A stretch of DNA of 64,000 nt, taken from contig CBDAOB010000005.1 in assembly GCA_965197905.1 (NCBI GenBank), positions 1,568,001 through 1,632,000 on the forward strand. Direction: 5' to 3'. Origin of the DNA: Candidatus Latescibacterota bacterium. GTDB lineage: Bacteria > Latescibacterota > UBA2968 > UBA8231. Positions 1 through 10,163 of this stretch are shown here, in pieces (positions within the stretch are counted from its first letter, which is position 1; each line of letters starts with the position of its first letter). A program made the position numbers and the translations under genes. The notes beneath the pieces are model-generated. The model worked only from the letters and a program-made list of their open reading frames with translations. It was not told where the DNA came from and ran no database searches.

Positions 1-766
1 GCATCAAACCCTCGCCCGCGGTGCACCATACAACCGGATACGCCCCCCAACGAGCGATCAGATAACGCCAGTGTTTCTTGAGGACCTCGGCGCCGGCGAA
101 TTTCAGGAAATAACCCCAGAACCCGACGATGCACGGCATCAGGCCGGATTGCACCAGATAACCGATGCGTAGATCCGCCATGTCAAAGTACTCCGGGTTG
201 ATGCGGCCGTACTCGGGCGTCCAGGGGAAACCCGCTTCGTTTGCGCCACGCTCGTCGAAGGGCGGCATGTCCGGATAGAGGCCGGCCACTACCTGGATCA
301 CGCTGAACCCCTTCTGCAGACGATCCGCCACTATGGTGCGCAGGTCCTCCGGCCACTTCCAGCGTTTGCACAGCGCCATCCACCAGGTGTCGCCGAGCCA
401 GAAGAACGGGGTGCCATCGATGTGCTCCAGGTGCCGGCGGTCGGCATGGACCCGCAGTGGGCCATGGCTATACAGGGGATTATCGCCGTCGTATGGAGCC
501 ACCTCGATCTCCCCTTCGCGGCCGTGAAGATCGGCGTTGTCGGCGTCCGAACAGACGGTGCGGAAGTTGTGGCGCCCGGGAACTGGGGAAGCGTAGCGCA
601 CGCCCCAGTTTTGCTCGCCGGCCCAGAAGGCGGGCACCTTTCGTTTGACACCCACGGGGTCGGTGAACACCACATCCATTTCCAGATCGTGGAAGGGATC
701 CTCGTACACCTTCGTGGATGCGTACGACCATTCGATGACGGAATTCTGGACGGCGTGCAGCATCAT
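1..766 (-). CDS. DUF5060/DUF4038 (apiosidase-like) glycoside hydrolase-family protein, 3' end truncated by window edge
   Basis: Manual translation from ATG at 766 (RBS AAGGA upstream): MMLHAVQNSVIEWSY...FWAGEQNWGVRYASP...DGTPFFWLGDTWW...KGFSVIQVVAG...INPEYFDMAD...LIARWGAYPVVWCTAGE, typical DUF4038 motifs. Absent from the ORF track because it has no stop in the window. Confidence 0.8.
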   Translation of the reverse strand, partial: MMLHAVQNSVIEWSYASTKVYEDPFHDLEMDVVFTDPVGVKRKVPAFWAGEQNWGVRYASPVPGRHNFRTVCSDADNADLHGREGEIEVAPYDGDNPLYSHGPLRVHADRRHLEHIDGTPFFWLGDTWWMALCKRWKWPEDLRTIVADRLQKGFSVIQVVAGLYPDMPPFDERGANEAGFPWTPEYGRINPEYFDMADLRIGYLVQSGLMPCIVGFWGYFLKFAGAEVLKKHWRYLIARWGAYPVVWCTAGEGLM

Positions 767-1094
767 GCTGTTCCTTTGCGAAGCGTTGACGACATAGGGG
801 GGAGAGGCGTGTCGATGACGAATTCGCCCAGAAGGCTTTGGTGGACCGAAAAAAGTGCTACAATAAAACACCTGATATTCTTCACCGCCAACGGACCTTG
901 CCCGGGGCATCTGATGCGACGAGCCGACACTACATCGAGGAGGGATTCGCCATCTACTATCTGGAAGATATCGTCAAGCGCTATAATCACGCGCTTAACG
1001 GATTGGACCTGGAAGGCATTGGCGCAAAGTACATTGCCGAGCACCCACGTTTCTGAGCACGCGCTCGGCTATGGAAACCTCTAATGATGGTTGG

Positions 1095-2381
1095 CTACGA
1101 ACCAGTCGCCTTGCGCTTTCCGATCTCGACCAACGTAAAATCGGCCATATCGATCCCCAACTGATCGTTTATCTCGACAGCCTGCTTCCTCAGTTCGTGA
1201 ACGAGTCCTTCGATCACCTCGGTCTGAGGCGGTGTATTTCGGAATCTGTTGTGTGTATCCTCGCGCGGTGTCCTGTAGATGTTGAGCTCTTCCTCCGGAT
1301 CATTCACCAGGTCGTAGAGTTCGTTCAAAGCCGTGTAGCCCTGGAGAAACCTTACGGAACGCGTTAGAATCAGCTTCCACTCGTTCGTTCGTATCGATCG
1401 CTGTTCGATAAAGGGACCGCGAATCACATTCTCCGTGTAATGCGAGTCTCGCCACGGAACAGACTCCTCTCCGAGCAGCGGCACGATGCTGGTACCGTGC
1501 AGATAGCCGGGAATGTCCAGACCCGCCCACTCGAGAATCGTCGGCATCAGATCCTGAAGACCAACGAATTCCTCAACAACTTGACCTGCAGTGATCGTTC
1601 CAGGCCAGCTGATCACCATCGGTACCTTGATCGAATCGTCGTGGCACGTAAACTTGTGGTCGCTCCCCCGGTAGCTGAAGTGATCGCCGTGATCCGAGTA
1701 GTAGACGATGATCGTATCCTCGGTCAGGCCAGCTTCTTCAATCGCCGCCACCAATCGACCCACGTTGTCGTCGATCGCGCTGACTGCCGCGTAGTATCCG
1801 GCATACGGAACACCCTGACCACGATACGGTTCGTAGAATCGCTCAGGCGCGGTATACGGATCGTGAGGAGGATAGTATCCGTTCACCGCAAAGAACGGCT
1901 TGTCGCCATCTGTCTGCGCCTTGATAAACGCGATCATCTGATCCGTCTGCTGATCGGGCTTGTAGACACCATCGCGAACATCATCCACCCAGTGACCGCC
2001 CGAGCTGTTGAAACCGCTCCACACATCAAACATCCCCGGGTCGGTCTCGCCGAGGTGCCACTTCCCGAAGTACGCCGTCGTATATCCACTCTCCCTCAGA
2101 GGCTCGAACACGGTCCGCTGCTCGTGCGAGGTCTCCTTCAGAACGTTGTCCATCTTGTACGCATTGTAGATCACCTGGTGCTGGTGGGGGTAAACCCCGG
2201 TCCACATCGTTGCCCGTGCAGGCGTACAGACCGGCCAAGGCGTATAACTGTTCGCGCAGTTCGCCCCTCCTTCGGCCAGCCTGTCCACGTTGGGCGTCGA
2301 CACAAATCGATTCCCGTTGCACCCCAGACTGTCCCACCTCTGCTGGTCCGTCATCAGAAGAATAATGTTCGGCTTTATCAC
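1095..2381 (-). CDS. Sulfatase (Cys-type, formylglycine-dependent)
   Basis: PNIILLMTDQQRWD start, CTPARA (CxPxR) motif, GKWH, SDHGD, ELYDLVNDPEE. Confidence 0.92.
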   Translation of the reverse strand: MIKPNIILLMTDQQRWDSLGCNGNRFVSTPNVDRLAEGGANCANSYTPWPVCTPARATMWTGVYPHQHQVIYNAYKMDNVLKETSHEQRTVFEPLRESGYTTAYFGKWHLGETDPGMFDVWSGFNSSGGHWVDDVRDGVYKPDQQTDQMIAFIKAQTDGDKPFFAVNGYYPPHDPYTAPERFYEPYRGQGVPYAGYYAAVSAIDDNVGRLVAAIEEAGLTEDTIIVYYSDHGDHFSYRGSDHKFTCHDDSIKVPMVISWPGTITAGQVVEEFVGLQDLMPTILEWAGLDIPGYLHGTSIVPLLGEESVPWRDSHYTENVIRGPFIEQRSIRTNEWKLILTRSVRFLQGYTALNELYDLVNDPEEELNIYRTPREDTHNRFRNTPPQTEVIEGLVHELRKQAVEINDQLGIDMADFTLVEIGKRKATGS

Positions 2382-2409
2382 ACTCCCTTCGCATTCATCA
2401 CTTAGCTAG

Positions 2410-2492
2410 ACCCTCTCCCGCGAGCGGGAGAGGGTGGTTTGACAGCCGGACCGTCAAACCGGGTGAGGGCCGGACACCCGTCTTACCCTCAC
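2410..2492. repeat. REP-like cluster of three inverted repeats
   Basis: ACCCTCTCCCGC-GA-GCGGGAGAGGGT (2410-2435), GGTTTGAC..GTCAAACC (2436-2460), GTGAGGG..CCCTCAC (2463-2492). Confidence 0.55.
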
Positions 2493-2770
2493 GTCCTACG
2501 CATCTAACGGCAATCGCCTATCCGTATACGCATCGATTCTCTCTGTGCGGGGGAATCTACCATCCGTGCACCCAATGCCCACCGTCGGGAAAGAACGTCA
2601 GATCGATAATGCTATCCGCCCCCACTCCGAAAAGATACCCCGTCACCATCCCAAACGCGAAAGGCATCGCTTTCCGATATCCCAGAACGCCCCATTACTA
2701 CGGAAGGCAGCTGAGAACTACGTGAAGGCGCAGTGCCGGGGAACCCGCACAAAGGAACAGGAGAGCTAAA

Positions 2771-3840
2771 ATGGCTCGGGGAACCATCCGAACCCGCACA
2801 CGCGCAAGCACGCTGAACAGGTGCTTGCAGAGCGGCTCGCGCAGATTAGCCGGGGAGAGTTTATTGAGCCGTCCAAGATGCTTTTTCGGGAGTTCAAAGA
2901 CAAATGGCTCAAAAACTACGCGATAGGCCAAGTCAAGCCTGGGACTGTGGCAGACTACACGGGATATTTCAAAAACCATCTGCTGCCGGGCTTTGGAGAT
3001 AAACCGCTTTCCCGTATCTCCGTGGAGGACGTGCAGGCGTTCAAAGCCGCCAAACTGGCGGATGGCTACAAACCGCAAACGGTGAAGCATCTGTTGCGTT
3101 TGCTGCGGCCGATGCTCTCCCACGCGGTTGATTGGGATTATATCCGGGGGAACCCCGCTGGGAAGGTGGCAGATCCAAGAATACCGAAGGGCGAGATGGA
3201 TTTTCTGGCACCCGAGGAGGTGCGGGTTTTCCTATCGGCGGTGCCCGCGACCTGGTACGCCTTTTTTCTGATTGCGATCACCACGGGCCTGAGAGCTGGG
3301 GAGCTCCTGGCGATGCGCTGGGGGAACTTGGACTGGAACCGTAGCCGCTACTTCGTCAAGGAAACGCTCTCTCACCCCCGCTATGATTACGCTGGCGGAT
3401 TCACGGAACCCAAGACGGAAGGCTCCGCGCAATCGGTGGATCTGACACCCTTGTGCCTGGAAGCCTTGCGAGAGCACCGCAAGCAACAGGCGGAGGTGAA
3501 ACTGGCGATGGGCGCCCAATACCAAGACACGGACTTGATTTTCGCAACAAAGAAGGGGGCGCCCCTGGAGCAAAAGAATGTCATCCACCGACAATTCCAT
3601 GCCGCTCTAAGTGACGCCGGGCTGCGGCGTATCCGATTCCACGACTTGCGCCACACGACGGCATCGTTACTCATCAACCAGGGGGTCTCTCCGAAATACA
3701 TACAGCGTCAATTGAGGCACGCTTCGATCGATACTACCTTTGATCGCTACGGGCACTTGTTTCCCGAGACAAACCAAGAGGCCACTGAAAAATTGGACGC
3801 GCTGTTAATAGGGGATCGGGTAAAACGGAAGGCAGTTTGA
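2771..3840 (+). pseudogene. Phage/ICE-type tyrosine integrase with frameshifting N-terminal deletion
   Basis: Catalytic residues are intact (GLRAGE, PKT, HDLRH, LRHA, DRYGH). The RBS-supported ATG at 2771 (MARGTIRTRT) is out of frame with the body (RKHAEQVLAER... from ~2803), and the arm-binding domain is missing. Confidence 0.75.
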
Positions 3841-3862
3841 GCGTCGCCGGATTTTCCCTAAT

Positions 3863-3892
3863 GCCCTCTGGGAAATCAGGGGGCCATTTTTT
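3863..3892 (+). terminator. Intrinsic terminator after integrase
   Basis: GCCCTCTG-ggaaat-CAGGGGGC hairpin followed by CATTTTTT. Confidence 0.55.
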
Positions 3893-3908
3893 CGTTCCAA
3901 GGACCGTT

Positions 3909-4847
3909 TTGTCGGATCGATTCCTAATCGCGATCACTGGGCCAACGTCATCGGCCAAGACCGCCGTCGGAATCGGGGTGGCGAGAGCCCTCGGCGGCGA
4001 GGTGCTGTCTGTAGACTCGCGTCAGATCTTTCGTCACATGGATATCGGGACGGCGAAACCGACGCCCGCCGAACAGTCTCGCGTTCCCCACCATTTCATC
4101 GATGTGCGTCAGCCAGATGAGGAATTTAACGCCGGCGCATTTGGTCGGGCGGCGCGGGCCTGCATCGAACAGCTCACCTCCCGGGGGATTGTGCCCGTTC
4201 TGGTAGGTGGCTCAGGTCTCTACATGCGGGCGATTCTCGACGGTTTCTTCGACGAGCCTCGAGAATCGCGGCTGCTGCGCTCGGATTTACAAAGGCGTCT
4301 GAGGTTGGAGGGGTTACCCGCGCTCCGCTCCGAGCTTGAGAAAGTCGATCCACAAGCGTACGAGCGGGTCTCGCCGAAAGACGCACAGCGGACTCTGCGC
4401 GCGTTGGAGGTCGGCTTGATCGCCGGGAAGAGTTTGACCCACTTGCAACATGGTTCAACAGGTCACGCGTTGGGGATCACGCCCATGCTGTTCGGCATCG
4501 GTATGGATAGAAACCGTTTGTACGCGAGGATCGATCAACGCGTCGATGACATGATGAAAAGAGGCCTTCGCGAAGAGGTAGCCGGCCTATTGAACAGGGG
4601 ATATGATCGAGAAACAAGGTCGATGGGTAGCATGGGATATCGGGAGGTCTTGGACGCCATCGAAGGTCGGTACTCGTTGGATGCTGCAGTAGAACTGGTG
4701 AAGCGCCGATCTAGACAGTACGCCAAGCGTCAGCTGACCTGGTTCCGCAAAGACAGGCGAATCCGCTGGCTCGATTTGAGCACGTGGAAAATCGAAGGGC
4801 TTGTAGCCCGCATTGTAGGCCAATATTCCTTCCAAAGAGCGGCTTGA
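3909..4847 (+). CDS. miaA: tRNA dimethylallyltransferase
   Basis: ITGPTSSAKT, SVDSRQIFRHMDIGTAKP, VGGSGLY, RQYAKRQLTWFR. Likely TTG start at 3909 with AAGGA RBS. Confidence 0.95.
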   Translation: MSDRFLIAITGPTSSAKTAVGIGVARALGGEVLSVDSRQIFRHMDIGTAKPTPAEQSRVPHHFIDVRQPDEEFNAGAFGRAARACIEQLTSRGIVPVLVGGSGLYMRAILDGFFDEPRESRLLRSDLQRRLRLEGLPALRSELEKVDPQAYERVSPKDAQRTLRALEVGLIAGKSLTHLQHGSTGHALGITPMLFGIGMDRNRLYARIDQRVDDMMKRGLREEVAGLLNRGYDRETRSMGSMGYREVLDAIEGRYSLDAAVELVKRRSRQYAKRQLTWFRKDRRIRWLDLSTWKIEGLVARIVGQYSFQRAA

Positions 4848-4878
4848 CTGCGGGTATCTAGGGAGGTCGCTTTTGCTG

Positions 4879-4907
4879 TTGACAGTTGAAGATAGCGCGA
4901 TTAATTT
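4879..4907 (+). promoter_or_regulatory. sigma-70 promoter of tRNA-Gly
   Basis: TTGACA-17 bp-TAATTT. Confidence 0.6.
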
Positions 4908-4965
4908 AATGAAAATGTTAAGTAATGTTTTGGTCTCCTAGGAGATCCAAATCATGCTTCGCGGA

Positions 4966-5040
4966 GCGGGAGTAGTTCAGGGGTAGAACGCAAGCTTCCC
5001 AAGCTTGATGTCGCGGGTTCGACTCCCGTCTCCCGCTCCA
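4966..5040 (+). tRNA. tRNA-Gly(CCC)
   Basis: GCGGGAG acceptor stem / CTCCCGC-T-CCA, anticodon arm CAAGC-TT-CCC-AA-GCTTG, T-loop GGTTCGACTCC. Confidence 0.97.
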
Positions 5041-5063
5041 ATTCATACCCGATGCGGTTCCCG

Positions 5064-6206
5064 ATGAGATATCTAAGATGGATAGGCCTGGCGGCACTTC
5101 CGCTGGTCGCCTGTGGACCAAAGTCGATCCCTTCCCAATCGCCGCTCGATTCTCCTGAAAATCACTACGAACGCGGCTTACGCCTGATGGAACGGGAGGA
5201 TACCTTCGGTGCCCAACGCGAGTTCGAGCGAGCGAGGTCCCTAGACGACGATTTTCCTGGCGCCTATGTTGGCATGGCGTTGGTGGCTATGGAACACAAG
5301 GACTTCTGGCGCGCACGGAAGGACGTGGAACAGGCACTACACAAAGAGAACCGTTTCGCGGATGCCTACCTCGCTCTCGGCAGAGTAGCCGTGGCCGAAG
5401 GGATCGACCGTGGAGAGAAGGCTGGAGCGTGGCTGAAGGAAGCCCTGGCTGCCTTCGAGCGGGCGCGCAAGATCGAACCCGAAAATACGGAGGTGCCCCT
5501 TCGGCAAGGTCAAGCACATCTGGCCGCTCTTGATATGCCGGGTGCACGGCGCGCCTTTTCACAGATTCTCGAACTCAACCGCGGACCCTACGTCGAAGCG
5601 GCTATGCAGGAGATCGAGAGGATACAGATGATCGAGCGGGCCGCGCCCGGCACGAAGTTGGGTCTCAAGATCAGCACCGTGCGAACCCTCACTCGGGCGG
5701 AATTGGCCGTGCTCCTGCTAGAGGAACTAAAGCTCGAAACCCTGGTTCAGCGCCGACGCGCGGCCAAAGGCTTGCCCGGGTTTGAGCCGCCCGGTTCCGG
5801 CGGTACTGATAATCCGGTTGCTACCGATCTCGCCAGTTCTTGGGCAAAACCGTGGGTCACCGAGGTTCTACATCTTGCCATACCCGGTCTCGAGCTATTC
5901 CCAGACGGAACCTTCCAGCCCGATCAACCCATCAGTCGCTCCAGTTACGCGATGGTTAATCAGGGCATATTGGTCCTGGTTACCGGCGCCGATGAATTGA
6001 GCACCAAATTCGTCGGGGAAACCTCTCGCTTCCCCGATGTTCGAGGTGACAACTTCGCCTACAATGCGATTGCCTTGAGCACCTCTCGGGGCATCATGTC
6101 AGCCGACAAGATTTCCGGTCATTTCAGACCGAACGACACGGTATCGGGTGCGGAGGCGATGGTGATCATACGCGAACTGCAAAATGCTCTGCGCATGGAG
6201 TTCTAG
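5064..6206 (+). CDS. TPR-repeat lipoprotein with C-terminal S-layer homology (SLH) domains
   Basis: Lipobox LVAC, TPR helices, SLH motifs FPDGTFQPDQPISR and GHFRPNDTVSGAE. Confidence 0.8.
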   Translation: MRYLRWIGLAALPLVACGPKSIPSQSPLDSPENHYERGLRLMEREDTFGAQREFERARSLDDDFPGAYVGMALVAMEHKDFWRARKDVEQALHKENRFADAYLALGRVAVAEGIDRGEKAGAWLKEALAAFERARKIEPENTEVPLRQGQAHLAALDMPGARRAFSQILELNRGPYVEAAMQEIERIQMIERAAPGTKLGLKISTVRTLTRAELAVLLLEELKLETLVQRRRAAKGLPGFEPPGSGGTDNPVATDLASSWAKPWVTEVLHLAIPGLELFPDGTFQPDQPISRSSYAMVNQGILVLVTGADELSTKFVGETSRFPDVRGDNFAYNAIALSTSRGIMSADKISGHFRPNDTVSGAEAMVIIRELQNALRMEF

Positions 6207-7423
6207 TGTCCTGTCGCAGAAATCCGTCAACATTGTGCCACTGGGTGACGTTCCGCCTGAAAGCGTGCTTTGTTTTGGCGGTCGTAGTCTCGACCCTTCC
6301 GCTCGCCCCGGCGGAAGCAGAAGGTGCCGTCACCAAGTTTGTCCGTGCCAAAGGATTGGCGGCAATCATCGAAGGGGACGAAGCGGCGGCCTTTCAGCGA
6401 GCCAAAGCAGCGGCGTTGAGGGAAGCTGTGGAAGAGGCCGTGGGGACCTTGATTACGGGCGAAACCAGGGTTCGTAATTTTGCGGTTATCGAAGATCATA
6501 TTCTCACCAGTACGAGCGGATTTGTTTCTGATTTCGTCATCGTCGAGCAGGGTCCTCAAGGCGACAGCACCTACCTCGTGGTCGTCGACGCCTCCGTGAG
6601 TCTGACAGCACTGAGCGCCAGTATCCTGGGGTCGAAGCTACTGTTGGAGGCCATCGACCATCCCAGAGTAGTCTGCATCGCTCGCATGCGCACCGCATCA
6701 GAGGACGGATCCCGAAGTGAGGACTGGGGCCAAGCGACGGCGGCCCTCCAGGAGGCTCTCGAGATCGAGCAGAAATCCATCGATCTGTTGAAACCACAGC
6801 TTGAGGCGGCCGAGTACCGAGAGGTCCTGGATGATCCCGCGGTTGGGGCGGCGTGGGGACGTAAGGAGGGGGCTGACATCATCGTCATCGCGCAAATAGC
6901 GCTGCAAGGCCAGAAGAATCTGCCGATCCCATTCGCCGACAGCAATCTCGGCGAACTGTCGATTCACTCTGTTGTCACCAACGCCCGGATCGAGGCATTT
7001 TGGTGCGATTCCCGCGAGATCGTCAGCAGCATCTCGATATCAAAGCGGGCTGCGGGCAGCAGCTTCGAAGCTGCCGCTAAAATCGCCACGGATGCTACGC
7101 TTGGCGCGTTGGCCGAACGCCTTGTCAAGGAGATGATGGAGAATTGGCGTGAGAAGGTGTATTCGGGGCGCACGATCTCCCTTACCGTGCGTGGAACTCG
7201 ACCCCAGGCGGATTATTTCGAGCGCGAATTTCCGTTGCGGGTCGCCGGCATCGAGAAGCTGTATCCACGAAGCTTCGAAGCTGATCTTGCCATCTACGAT
7301 GCGCGGTCCAAGACGCCCGCTTTCCATGTGGCACGAGAGTTGAGTGCAAAGGGTCTAGGGGACCTCGACGTAGAGATCGTCCAGGTTACTCCCAACACGA
7401 TGCAGCTGGTGCTTTCAAATTGA
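6206..7423 (+). CDS. Secreted protein with FlgT N-terminal-like domain
   Basis: Signal peptide then AKGLAAI...AKAAALREAVEEAVGTLITGETRVRNFAVIEDHILTSTSGFV (FlgT_N/LPP20-like). Start uncertain. Confidence 0.6.
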   Translation: MSCRRNPSTLCHWVTFRLKACFVLAVVVSTLPLAPAEAEGAVTKFVRAKGLAAIIEGDEAAAFQRAKAAALREAVEEAVGTLITGETRVRNFAVIEDHILTSTSGFVSDFVIVEQGPQGDSTYLVVVDASVSLTALSASILGSKLLLEAIDHPRVVCIARMRTASEDGSRSEDWGQATAALQEALEIEQKSIDLLKPQLEAAEYREVLDDPAVGAAWGRKEGADIIVIAQIALQGQKNLPIPFADSNLGELSIHSVVTNARIEAFWCDSREIVSSISISKRAAGSSFEAAAKIATDATLGALAERLVKEMMENWREKVYSGRTISLTVRGTRPQADYFEREFPLRVAGIEKLYPRSFEADLAIYDARSKTPAFHVARELSAKGLGDLDVEIVQVTPNTMQLVLSN

Positions 7424-7436
7424 ATCGGCGTCTACA

Positions 7437-8786
7437 TTGATCCAGGTAAGCGACGTTGAATGTGACAGTGTTGGTGAGGAGGCCGGATTCGCGGCGGGAG
7501 ACCGGATTCGCGCCATAAATGGTCACCCCATCGCCGACCTGATCGATTTTCGTGTCCACAGTGCGGACGCCCAGCTTACCATTGAAGTCGAGCGTAATGA
7601 CGAACTCTATGAGGTGGATATATCTCGGGTACCTGGCGTCTCGATGGGGCTCTCCTTTGATGAGATGCGGCTCCGCAAGTGCAACAACAAATGCGTCTTC
7701 TGTTTCATTCACCAGATGCCCGAAGGTATGCGCCCCAGTCTCTATTTCGAAGACGACGACTACCGGCTTTCCTTCCTGCACGGATCCTATGTCACGCTGA
7801 CTAATGTCAAAGAGTCTGATCTGCAGCGGATCGCGGAGCATCGTCTTTCGCCCCAGTACATCTCGGTCCATGCTACGAATCCGGAACTGCGGCAGCGGAT
7901 GCTGGGCCGGAAGCTTCCGGTAGATATCCTACAGCGCATCCGCTTCCTCGCCGAGCACGACATCGAGATGCACGCCCAGGTCGTCGTCTGTCCCGGCTGG
8001 AATGACGGCGACGACCTCAAACAGACGATGAGCGATCTATCAAGTTTTTATCCCGCGGTTCGTTCAATCGCGCTCGTTCCGGTGGGGTTAACGAAGTTTC
8101 GAGAAGGGCTTCCAGACCTCGATCCCGTTACGCCTGTGCTTGCCAGGCGATATGTGGAACAAACGTTTGCGTGGGGCGAGGGATATCGAAAAACCCACGG
8201 GGAACGCATCGTCTACGCCGCCGATGAGCTTTTCCTCACTAGTGATACTACCCTTCCCGCTGCCGAGTATTACGACGCGTTTCCACAGCTGGAGAATGGC
8301 ATTGGCATGACCAGGTCGTTCATCGACCGGTTCGCGATCGGCTGCTCCGCGCTCCCGCGTCAGTTTGAAAAGGACATTCGGATCGGGTTGGTTACGGGCT
8401 TGTTGGCGGCGCGGTTTATGCGAGGCATCGTCGAGCAGCTCAACGGGATTCAAGGTTTGGATGTTGAACTTCTACCAGTGGAGAACGCGTACTTCGGCAG
8501 CGATATTACGGTCTCCGGGCTTTTGACCGGTACCGACATGGTGGATCGGCTGCGGGGAGGGACCTGGGACCACGTGATCTTGCCTCCCAACTGCGTAAAT
8601 GGTGACGGTGTTACCCTCGACGACATGACCGTTGTCGCAATGAGCGAAGCTGTTAAAATCGACCTGTCCGTCGGCAGTTATGATATTGCAGGCGCGGTCG
8701 AGTCGTTGCTTCTCCCTCATCCGGTTAGCATCAAGGGAGAAGGGCGCCAGTTGGATGAGCTCGGATTTCAGATCGAGCGCCGATGA
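7437..8786 (+). CDS. DUF512 / PDZ-radical SAM-like protein
   Basis: N-terminal PDZ-like region, CNNKCVFCFIHQMP, DDDYRLSFLHGSYVTLTN, PQLENGIG. Usual neighbour of der. Confidence 0.9.
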   Translation: MIQVSDVECDSVGEEAGFAAGDRIRAINGHPIADLIDFRVHSADAQLTIEVERNDELYEVDISRVPGVSMGLSFDEMRLRKCNNKCVFCFIHQMPEGMRPSLYFEDDDYRLSFLHGSYVTLTNVKESDLQRIAEHRLSPQYISVHATNPELRQRMLGRKLPVDILQRIRFLAEHDIEMHAQVVVCPGWNDGDDLKQTMSDLSSFYPAVRSIALVPVGLTKFREGLPDLDPVTPVLARRYVEQTFAWGEGYRKTHGERIVYAADELFLTSDTTLPAAEYYDAFPQLENGIGMTRSFIDRFAIGCSALPRQFEKDIRIGLVTGLLAARFMRGIVEQLNGIQGLDVELLPVENAYFGSDITVSGLLTGTDMVDRLRGGTWDHVILPPNCVNGDGVTLDDMTVVAMSEAVKIDLSVGSYDIAGAVESLLLPHPVSIKGEGRQLDELGFQIERR

Positions 8787-10126
8787 CTGAACCAAACACT
8801 CCGCAATCGATCCAACCAGCGGGCCCAATCGTGACAATCATAGGCCGTCCGAATGTGGGGAAGTCGACCCTGTTCAACCGTTTGATTAGACGGCGCACGG
8901 CGATAACCGACGATCGACCAGGCATTACTCGGGATCGCATCTACGCCGAAATAGAATGGGCGGGTCGTTCGTTCACCCTGGTTGATACCGGCGGTTACCT
9001 GCCAGAGACGGGAGACGTAATAGAAGCGGCGATTCGCGAGCAGGTGGAGGTGGCACTCCGTCAGTCCGACCTCATTCTGCTGCTTGTCGATGCCACGACC
9101 GGGATCACCGACTTGGATCAAAAGGTGGCACGGATCGTGCGTCGTCAGGAGGTTAGAGCGCTGGTGCTGGTCAACAAGGTGGACAATCCGTCGCTGGAAC
9201 CGGCGGTAGGCGAATTTTCGACGCTGGGTCTAGGAGAAGCGCATCCGGTGTCGGCCGCGACGGGGCGACGAACGGGGGATCTTCTCGACCTGGTGCTGGA
9301 ACGCATAGGGGAGCGCGTCGCCCCCACCGACGAAGAGGATGATCTGGTGCGGATCGCGGTTATCGGCCGCCCCAACGTGGGCAAGTCGACCTTCGTGAAT
9401 CGCCTTGGCGGCACACAGGTCTCGATCGTCCACGAACTACCGGGAACAACTCGGGATACGACCAGCATTCGCGTCGAGTGGAACGGCAGCAGGTTCGAAT
9501 TACTGGACACTGCCGGTCAACGGCGGCGCTCGCGGGTGGAAGATCCCGTCGAATATTACAGTACGTTGCGCTCGCAGGGCACCGTTGCCAGAGCGGATGC
9601 GGCCCTGCTGCTTCTCGATGCCGCGGAAGGCTGCACCTCGCAGGACGCGCGCATCATCAGTCAGGTGATCGAAGCGGGTTGCGCTATGGTGGTAGCCGTT
9701 AACAAATGGGACCTCATCGACGATGCCACCACGAAGGCGGCCGAATTCCGCGCCGATCTGCAACATAAATTTCCGTTTTTGCAACACTACCCGATCCTCT
9801 TTATCTCCGGTTTGACCGGGAAAAGGGTGTCTCGCTGTTTGGAGGCGATCGCCAAGGTGACAGATAGTCGCGGGCACCGGGTCTCGACCTCTCAATTGAA
9901 CCAGTTGTTCGACGCCATCAACCAACGGAATCCGCCGACCAGCGGCGGCAAGCAGATCAATCTGTTGTACGCTACCCAGCATGCAGTCCGACCGCCGACG
10001 TTCGTAATATTTACCAACCGGCCCGACCTCGTTTCCACTTCATATCGTCGGTTTGTGGAAAACAGATTGCGGGATAGATTCTGCTTCGAAGGGACACCGA
10101 TACGCACCATTTGGCGCAAGCGATGA
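8783..10126 (+). CDS. der: Ribosome biogenesis GTPase Der
   Basis: Two GRPNVGKST G-domains, DTGG/DTAG, C-terminal KH-like FEGTPI. Confidence 0.97.
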   Translation: MTEPNTPQSIQPAGPIVTIIGRPNVGKSTLFNRLIRRRTAITDDRPGITRDRIYAEIEWAGRSFTLVDTGGYLPETGDVIEAAIREQVEVALRQSDLILLLVDATTGITDLDQKVARIVRRQEVRALVLVNKVDNPSLEPAVGEFSTLGLGEAHPVSAATGRRTGDLLDLVLERIGERVAPTDEEDDLVRIAVIGRPNVGKSTFVNRLGGTQVSIVHELPGTTRDTTSIRVEWNGSRFELLDTAGQRRRSRVEDPVEYYSTLRSQGTVARADAALLLLDAAEGCTSQDARIISQVIEAGCAMVVAVNKWDLIDDATTKAAEFRADLQHKFPFLQHYPILFISGLTGKRVSRCLEAIAKVTDSRGHRVSTSQLNQLFDAINQRNPPTSGGKQINLLYATQHAVRPPTFVIFTNRPDLVSTSYRRFVENRLRDRFCFEGTPIRTIWRKR

Positions 10127-10163
10127 ACCTGTTACGGCGATCTCAAGAGACGGGGGACCAATC

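Noticed and set aside
838..1056. 72-aa + strand ORF with protein-like C-terminal half
   Set aside because: No recognisable family or RBS. Possibly a gene fragment, but it cannot be supported.
1440..2405. Long antisense ORFs (also 422-1084, 27725-28651, 18579-19520, 62017-62925 and others)
   Set aside because: They overlap well-supported genes on the opposite strand, as expected in GC-rich DNA.
4966..5040. tRNA-Gly as attB of the upstream integrase
   Set aside because: miaA lies between them, and no duplicate of the tRNA 3' end was found in the window.
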